Positions 59,473-64,000 of a DNA stretch of 64,000 bases are shown piece after piece (within the stretch, counting starts at the first letter, position 1; every line of letters begins with the position of its first letter). A program made the position numbers and the translations under genes. This stretch comes from a virus: positions 32,001 to 96,000 of the IMG/VR virus record IMGVR_UViG_3300021197_000868. The stretch is one strand, 5' to 3'. The notes under the pieces are model-generated. The model had not been told where the DNA came from. It saw nothing but the letters and a program-made list of their open reading frames with translations, and did no database searches.

Positions 59473-60736
59473 TACTCATCCCCCTTTCTATTAACTCAGT
59501 GACTTGAACTATGTCACCTATACCTAAGTTAGGTCGGTAACCAATGTATATTCCTTGATTGATATAACCATCCTCACCTACTTGTACGGCTGCTACTTCT
59601 ATGACATTCAGTTCACCCTTACGTCCGAATACACCACCATCTTCACGGTGTGGTTTTTCAGGTATGGGTATCTTAGCCACTGTTACTAACTCATCTAGTC
59701 CATCAAGAGCAGCGAGAGTCCAGTGACTATCATCAATCTCATGCAAGCATAGGTTCACACGTGACCTGTGTGGGTACATCACGTAGCCCATTACTTCATC
59801 AGGTTCGTATATACTACTACCTTCTATCAGTCTTACAGCCTGTACGTCAGGAGAGTTTAGTCTTACGTTCACCTGAAACCATGCACCTTCTTTTTCAAGG
59901 GGGATGACTTCAGTCTCAACACTAAACGTATGGCGGCGCTCATCGAAACTTCTGTACACACCCTCATAAATATCAATGCCTACATCTCCTACCGCCTCTA
60001 TTATCACGCCAGTGCCAGCCCTACATTTTCTATATTCATCAGTCACTAACTCACCGTTACGATGTCTTACCTTACCAGCGTAGTGATAGTGTAAGTCTCC
60101 ATTAGGGATGACTACTGCATAGTATTCTCCTTGTGGTGGACTTAGTTTAGACCAACGTCTCCATCGAGCAGGAGCAGGGAATAACCTTGGGTGTCTCCAC
60201 CATTCCTTTAGCACGTGGATAGATTCAGGGTCATCATACATCTTAGCGAGTGTCTCCTGATTTGTGTTCTGTCTAACTATCTTCGGTGGTATCTCAAAGG
60301 AGGCAGCCATCTTACCAAAGAAAGACCGCTTGCTTATTGGTGGTTTACCACTGAGGAGATAACGCCAAACTAACCTAGCCTCAATCTCATTGAACTGTTG
60401 TGCTATCTGCGAGAAGGACATATCTTCAAACGGTAAGTCTAGTACCTTCTGACATGTCATGTCTTTTGATGCTGCTTTATTACTCTCGGATGCGAGGGCA
60501 TACCATACCTCCTCATGTGGTAGCATGTTATCAACCACGTCGAAGTAAAGTTCCATCTCCTTTGCTATCTTGCTAACAGCATTGTGTCTTTCAACTCTAG
60601 CCTTTGTAGGGAAGAAGAACTCATAGAAGTACAAAGCCTCATCCTTATCGGTGAGCCAACCTCTAAGTTGGTTCCCAGTGAGTTTGTCACCTAGTCTTAG
60701 ATGCTCGTGCATGGTTGCTAGTTTAGCGAACCTCAT
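59459..60736 (-). CDS. Degenerate archaeal-type ATP-dependent DNA ligase-like protein (DBD, NTase and OB regions)
   Basis: N-terminal MRFAKLA and EIEARLVWRYLLSG..MAASFEIP resemble the ligase DNA-binding domain. Motif I region reads GEYYAVVIPNGD with no Lys. SFDERR and SIYEPD follow. Confidence 0.55.
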   Translation of the reverse strand: MRFAKLATMHEHLRLGDKLTGNQLRGWLTDKDEALYFYEFFFPTKARVERHNAVSKIAKEMELYFDVVDNMLPHEEVWYALASESNKAASKDMTCQKVLDLPFEDMSFSQIAQQFNEIEARLVWRYLLSGKPPISKRSFFGKMAASFEIPPKIVRQNTNQETLAKMYDDPESIHVLKEWWRHPRLFPAPARWRRWSKLSPPQGEYYAVVIPNGDLHYHYAGKVRHRNGELVTDEYRKCRAGTGVIIEAVGDVGIDIYEGVYRSFDERRHTFSVETEVIPLEKEGAWFQVNVRLNSPDVQAVRLIEGSSIYEPDEVMGYVMYPHRSRVNLCLHEIDDSHWTLAALDGLDELVTVAKIPIPEKPHREDGGVFGRKGELNVIEVAAVQVGEDGYINQGIYIGYRPNLGIGDIVQVTELIERGMSNDTE

Positions 60737-60924
60737 CCTCTCACCTCCAAACAAGCAGGGCATACTGGTAGTGATTTGATGAACTCCTTGTCATTCATCT
60801 TACTGTTAGGCCAACTGGTATTAGTTGACACTGAGTCGCACAGGTTACCTGTGCTAGTTATGAAGATGTGTATTACCTTAGGAGTCTTCCTCTTATCCCA
60901 GTCAGCCCATTCTACATCGCTCAT
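60733..60924 (-). CDS. Small hypothetical Cys/His protein
   Basis: Coupled ORF; H..LC..CPAC. Confidence 0.5.
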   Translation of the reverse strand: MSDVEWADWDKRKTPKVIHIFITSTGNLCDSVSTNTSWPNSKMNDKEFIKSLPVCPACLEVRG

Positions 60925-61136
60925 TCAATCCCCTCCTTTCTAATGAAGTCATGTAGTCTCTTTCCTAAATCATTGAAGTCGTCACACTCATCACGCATGG
61001 TGATTAGTGCTTCACGCAATCGCTTAACTTCTGCGAGCAGGTCATTGTGTTCATTCACAACATCTTTCCAATCATGGTGATTCATCTTATACCAATCGTC
61101 AATCGTTAGTCCTTCGTATTTCTCTGTGTCAATCAT
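60921..61136 (-). CDS. Small coiled-coil protein, paralog 1
   Basis: MIDTEKYEG...LLAEVKRLRE. Confidence 0.65.
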   Translation of the reverse strand: MIDTEKYEGLTIDDWYKMNHHDWKDVVNEHNDLLAEVKRLREALITMRDECDDFNDLGKRLHDFIRKEGIE

Positions 61137-61453
61137 TCTTTCACCAACCTATTCAATTCCTTGATGTTATTCTCAAATGTGTATGAATCATTGTTCACCC
61201 ACAACTCAGCCTCAAACAGTTTTGCTTTCAGTCGCTTGACTTCTGCTCGCTCATCTATGAGTGCTTGAAGGAGAAGTGGTGCGTCTTCTATGAGTCGTGC
61301 GTCTGCCTTGTGATTACCCAACTTAGCCTTATTACAAGCCATCCAGTATGGGATATGCCAACCATATTCACCATTATCTTCAGGCTCTCCTTGTCCTACC
61401 ACTTGCCAAATCTCAACAGGTGTGTGTCCTTCGTATTCGTCTGTGTCAATCAT
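61133..61453 (-). CDS. Small coiled-coil protein, paralog 2
   Basis: MIDTDEYEGHT...ADARLIEDAP..AEVKRLK. Confidence 0.65.
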   Translation of the reverse strand: MIDTDEYEGHTPVEIWQVVGQGEPEDNGEYGWHIPYWMACNKAKLGNHKADARLIEDAPLLLQALIDERAEVKRLKAKLFEAELWVNNDSYTFENNIKELNRLVKE

Positions 61454-61650
61454 TCAACCAACTCCATTAGTGCATCTATGATATACTTCCCTCTAATGTC
61501 AGCATGGATATTTTCTGCAAGTGACTTGATACCTTCACGTAACCTCTTAACTTCTGCAAGTAGGTTGTCTGCTACATCAAAGTCAATATAGCCTAATTTA
61601 TTGAATAGTCCCGCTTCTCTTCTTCTTTCTTCTTTGTCTGTGTTAATCAT
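61450..61650 (-). CDS. Small coiled-coil protein, paralog 3
   Basis: Start MINTDKE at 61650; LLAEVKRLRE. Confidence 0.65.
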   Translation of the reverse strand: MINTDKEERRREAGLFNKLGYIDFDVADNLLAEVKRLREGIKSLAENIHADIRGKYIIDALMELVE

Positions 61651-61985
61651 ACATATTCCTCTATTAGTTCTTTGAAAGCATTCTGCCATACACTAGGTCT
61701 TGGTTGAGTACCTACACCAAACAACTCCAGTGTTAGGTTTCTCATTTTGATAGCACTGACTTTCATACCGTTGCGCTTTGCTGCTAGGTAGATACAGTCA
61801 ACCATCAAACCATGTGGGCTACGTGAAGCAGTCCACATAGGTGAACGTTCTACTTTCATCTGTAGTATCTTCGCTGAAGCGAACTGCTCTACAGTCAGAC
61901 CTATGCTGGTCGCTAACTCAAGAGCCCTATCATCTCTACCGTGTGCATCATAAGCACGCCTTAGTGCATCTGCTTTCTCACTCAT
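61647..61985 (-). CDS. Truncated TFB/TFIIB-like single cyclin-fold protein
   Basis: RSPHGLMVDCIYLAAKRNG matches the TFB repeat pattern (GR/KSPxGLAAAALYIAS..G). Confidence 0.6.
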   Translation of the reverse strand: MSEKADALRRAYDAHGRDDRALELATSIGLTVEQFASAKILQMKVERSPMWTASRSPHGLMVDCIYLAAKRNGMKVSAIKMRNLTLELFGVGTQPRPSVWQNAFKELIEEYV

Positions 61986-61987
61986 AG

Positions 61988-62539
61988 TCAGTCCTCATCT
62001 CTCTTTGTGTAGACATCAACAAGACCGTTAGTAACTCTTAGTGCTTTGATTAGTGCCTTATTCTCACGCTCTAGTTGAGCACTGTATTCTTCTAGTGCTA
62101 ATATCTTGATACGTGCTTTGCTTAACTCATCTTTACACACACCTAATTTAGCCAAGGTGTTGTCTTCTTCCCTTGGGTCCTTCGGGAAGTACGGGTTGTC
62201 TTCCGTCATCATTTCGTAGGGGCTTGTTGCCTTTGCCCAATTGGATGACCAAGTCAACCTTGCTTCCGGCTGTTGTCTTCTATCATCTTTGTTACCAGTG
62301 CCTTTTCTAAACTCATTACCAAAGGGAGGGCCAGTACCACTATGTCTCTTGGCTATGTCTACACCTCTCCTACGGAGTTTAGTGCATCTCATACTAACTG
62401 AAGCCGAAGAGCGTTTCAGTTGAGTAGCAATATCTATGTTGCTAACTCCATCACGCCTCATCTGTATCAGTTTCTGTTCATCTAGTTCAGTCCACTTTCC
62501 TTTGTGTGTCTTGCCTTTTTTCATATTCTTTTTCTTCAT
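61988..62539 (-). CDS. Myb-like HTH protein with a C-terminal coiled coil
   Basis: KGKWTELDEQKL...IATQLKRSSASVSMRCTKL. Confidence 0.7.
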   Translation of the reverse strand: MKKKNMKKGKTHKGKWTELDEQKLIQMRRDGVSNIDIATQLKRSSASVSMRCTKLRRRGVDIAKRHSGTGPPFGNEFRKGTGNKDDRRQQPEARLTWSSNWAKATSPYEMMTEDNPYFPKDPREEDNTLAKLGVCKDELSKARIKILALEEYSAQLERENKALIKALRVTNGLVDVYTKRDED

Positions 62540-63120
62540 GATTCATTCACCTCAATTCTTTCTTTCACTTCAGCACTGATTGCGCTCACGTCCATGTGGG
62601 CAGTGCTGAGTGGAATGGCTTGCATCTTGAGCAGGGTATCTCCTGCTCGTGTGGACATTGTATGTCCTAGTATTTCTTCGAGTGCTTCATTCAAAGCGGC
62701 CTCGTGTTTAGTGTCATCTTCTACTGTATCATCAGTGATGATAGCAGCGATGTCTTTCAGTGCCTTCTTTACTACAGGGCTCATGACATCAGCATCAGCA
62801 TCTGTAGGTACGAAGTTACGTATAGCCATCCTAAGAAGACGGCGCATGATTCTCTTCATTGGTAACTTACGTGGGATGCGCTGCTCAACTGCTGCACATC
62901 TACGGTAACCATTACCGTGTGTCTTACCACCAGTGTGAGGCTCAGGTACTAACATAACTGTAGAGCCAGTTAGCATGTCTGTCACCATCACCTGTGGGTT
63001 GGAGTAGTAGTCCTCATCCTTGTGGTGTGAGTTCTTCTCACGCTTCTCTATCTGAGACGCTACCACCTTGAGGGCCTTGGCAGTACCATCAGTCCATTCC
63101 ATCTCTGCTACTTGTTTCAT
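62536..63120 (-). CDS. Hypothetical protein
   Basis: GAGGGG RBS; coupled ORF. Confidence 0.55.
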   Translation of the reverse strand: MKQVAEMEWTDGTAKALKVVASQIEKREKNSHHKDEDYYSNPQVMVTDMLTGSTVMLVPEPHTGGKTHGNGYRRCAAVEQRIPRKLPMKRIMRRLLRMAIRNFVPTDADADVMSPVVKKALKDIAAIITDDTVEDDTKHEAALNEALEEILGHTMSTRAGDTLLKMQAIPLSTAHMDVSAISAEVKERIEVNES

Positions 63121-63129
63121 CAATACCCC

Positions 63130-63155
63130 TCTTCTAATTCTGCTTTAAGTAGTGA
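63130..63155 (-). promoter_or_regulatory. 26-bp motif copy upstream of the ORF starting at 63120
   Basis: TCACTACTTAAAGCAGAATTAGAAGA. A related TATAAAGCAGCATCG lies at 63181-63195. Confidence 0.55.
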
Positions 63156-63242
63156 ACTAGCAGTCTCCTTGTTTTCAAAACGATGCTGCTTTATAGGCAA
63201 GCGAGAGAGTGGGCGATTTATCTGACACACCATCATCTGTAT

Positions 63243-63575
63243 TCACTCCTCCTGTGTATCTATTCTACAGTAGTAGTCTCTACCTTCTGTGATTAACACG
63301 CCATCCCAGTTCTCTATACCTAACCTAGGCGCTGCCTTTCTAACATACCAATTCCTTACTGCTGCTGGTGTAACCTGTATTATTACACCAGTCATGTATC
63401 TCTGTCTTTGCTGACGATTGGGATTACCAAACTCAGTTCCAACTGTCAAGATGTGATAGTTCTTCGCTACCTCTTCTTCTATAGATTTAGATATGAATGC
63501 TTGAGGCTCATGCTCATCAATAAACATTTGAATAGCAGACTTCACTGATGGATAATGCCACGGTCTTTTAGCCAT
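63243..63575 (-). CDS. Hypothetical protein
   Basis: GGTGAG RBS. Confidence 0.55.
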   Translation of the reverse strand: MAKRPWHYPSVKSAIQMFIDEHEPQAFISKSIEEEVAKNYHILTVGTEFGNPNRQQRQRYMTGVIIQVTPAAVRNWYVRKAAPRLGIENWDGVLITEGRDYYCRIDTQEE

Positions 63576-63845
63576 TCACTCACCTTCCTTTCTAGTGCGC
63601 TGTTCTTCGATAGCCTCGCACTCTTCGATAGCCTCTAGTAAACGTGGTAACATTTCCTTTGCTTGTTGTAGTGTAAGTCTAGCACCATGTCTTGTGTGTT
63701 GATTGGCTCCATCCTTTGTCTTGATGATTCGCAGGTCTATCCATGTCTTACCATAGTAGTCTATGTGCGCTAGGCGTACATCACCAGCACCATCTTTCCA
63801 CTTGCCTTCCATGCTCGCAGTCCTCCATACAGATACTTCACTCAT
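63576..63845 (-). CDS. PC4/Sub1-like ssDNA-binding protein
   Basis: VRLAHIDYYGKTWIDLR...HTRHGARL matches the PC4 pattern (Y.GK..IDIR...PT.KGI.L). Confidence 0.8.
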   Translation of the reverse strand: MSEVSVWRTASMEGKWKDGAGDVRLAHIDYYGKTWIDLRIIKTKDGANQHTRHGARLTLQQAKEMLPRLLEAIEECEAIEEQRTRKEGE

Positions 63846-63846
63846 A

Positions 63847-64000
63847 TTATTTCCACCTCTTCAAACTAACATAGCAATCATGACATAACTTATGTACAGG
63901 GTGTAGTGGTTCTTCTCTACGACACGTAGTACATCTAGGCTGTAAGTCTTTGAATATGGGATGCCTCTCAGTGGCATGACTCTTCTTCTTCTTTCGACTA
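63847..64000 (-). CDS. Partial zinc-finger protein, truncated by the window edge
   Basis: Manual translation ...PRCTTCRREEPLHPVHKLCHDCYVSLKRWK*. Confidence 0.5.
   Translation of the reverse strand, partial: SRKKKKSHATERHPIFKDLQPRCTTCRREEPLHPVHKLCHDCYVSLKRWK

Noticed and set aside
45217-62908. Short + strand ORFs within the minus-strand block
   Set aside because: Antisense shadows of tightly coupled minus-strand genes.

Overview
The window looks like about 64 kb of a tailed archaeal virus genome (Caudoviricetes). Gene content and layout match what is described for magroviruses, the viruses of Marine Group II Euryarchaeota (Poseidoniales); this assignment is inferred from the archaeal-type genes and GGTGA/GGAGG ribosome-binding sites, not from a database search. 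There are two convergent blocks. The + strand (1-44448) is virion morphogenesis: LAGLIDADG protein, portal, small head proteins, a ~1815-aa protein with a ligase-like C-terminus, HK97 protease-scaffold, major capsid protein, adaptor, tail tube, chaperones, a short tape measure, a 5687-aa giant protein and a tail fibre. The - strand (44443-64000) is replication and host takeover: thermosome, exonuclease, MCM-like ATPase, XPF/ERCC4, fused primase, Cas4-like nuclease, PolB, clamp, RFC, TFB-like, Myb-like and PC4 proteins. Most notable observations: (1) two DNA-ligase-fold proteins that both lack the catalytic lysine, one embedded in a probable protease-processed internal head protein; (2) a 56-aa TFS/TFIIS-like zinc ribbon missed by the ORF track and lacking the acidic dyad, which sits alongside a truncated TFB, PC4 and a recurring promoter-like motif, suggesting a transcription-hijack kit; (3) a C-terminal motif shared by the scaffold and a small head protein, plus recurrent hydrophobic-x-K-[SAG] candidate cleavage sites; (4) a likely -1 frameshift in the tail chaperone genes; (5) apparent avoidance of GATC, AGCT and CCWGG. 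All functional calls come from motif reading by eye.
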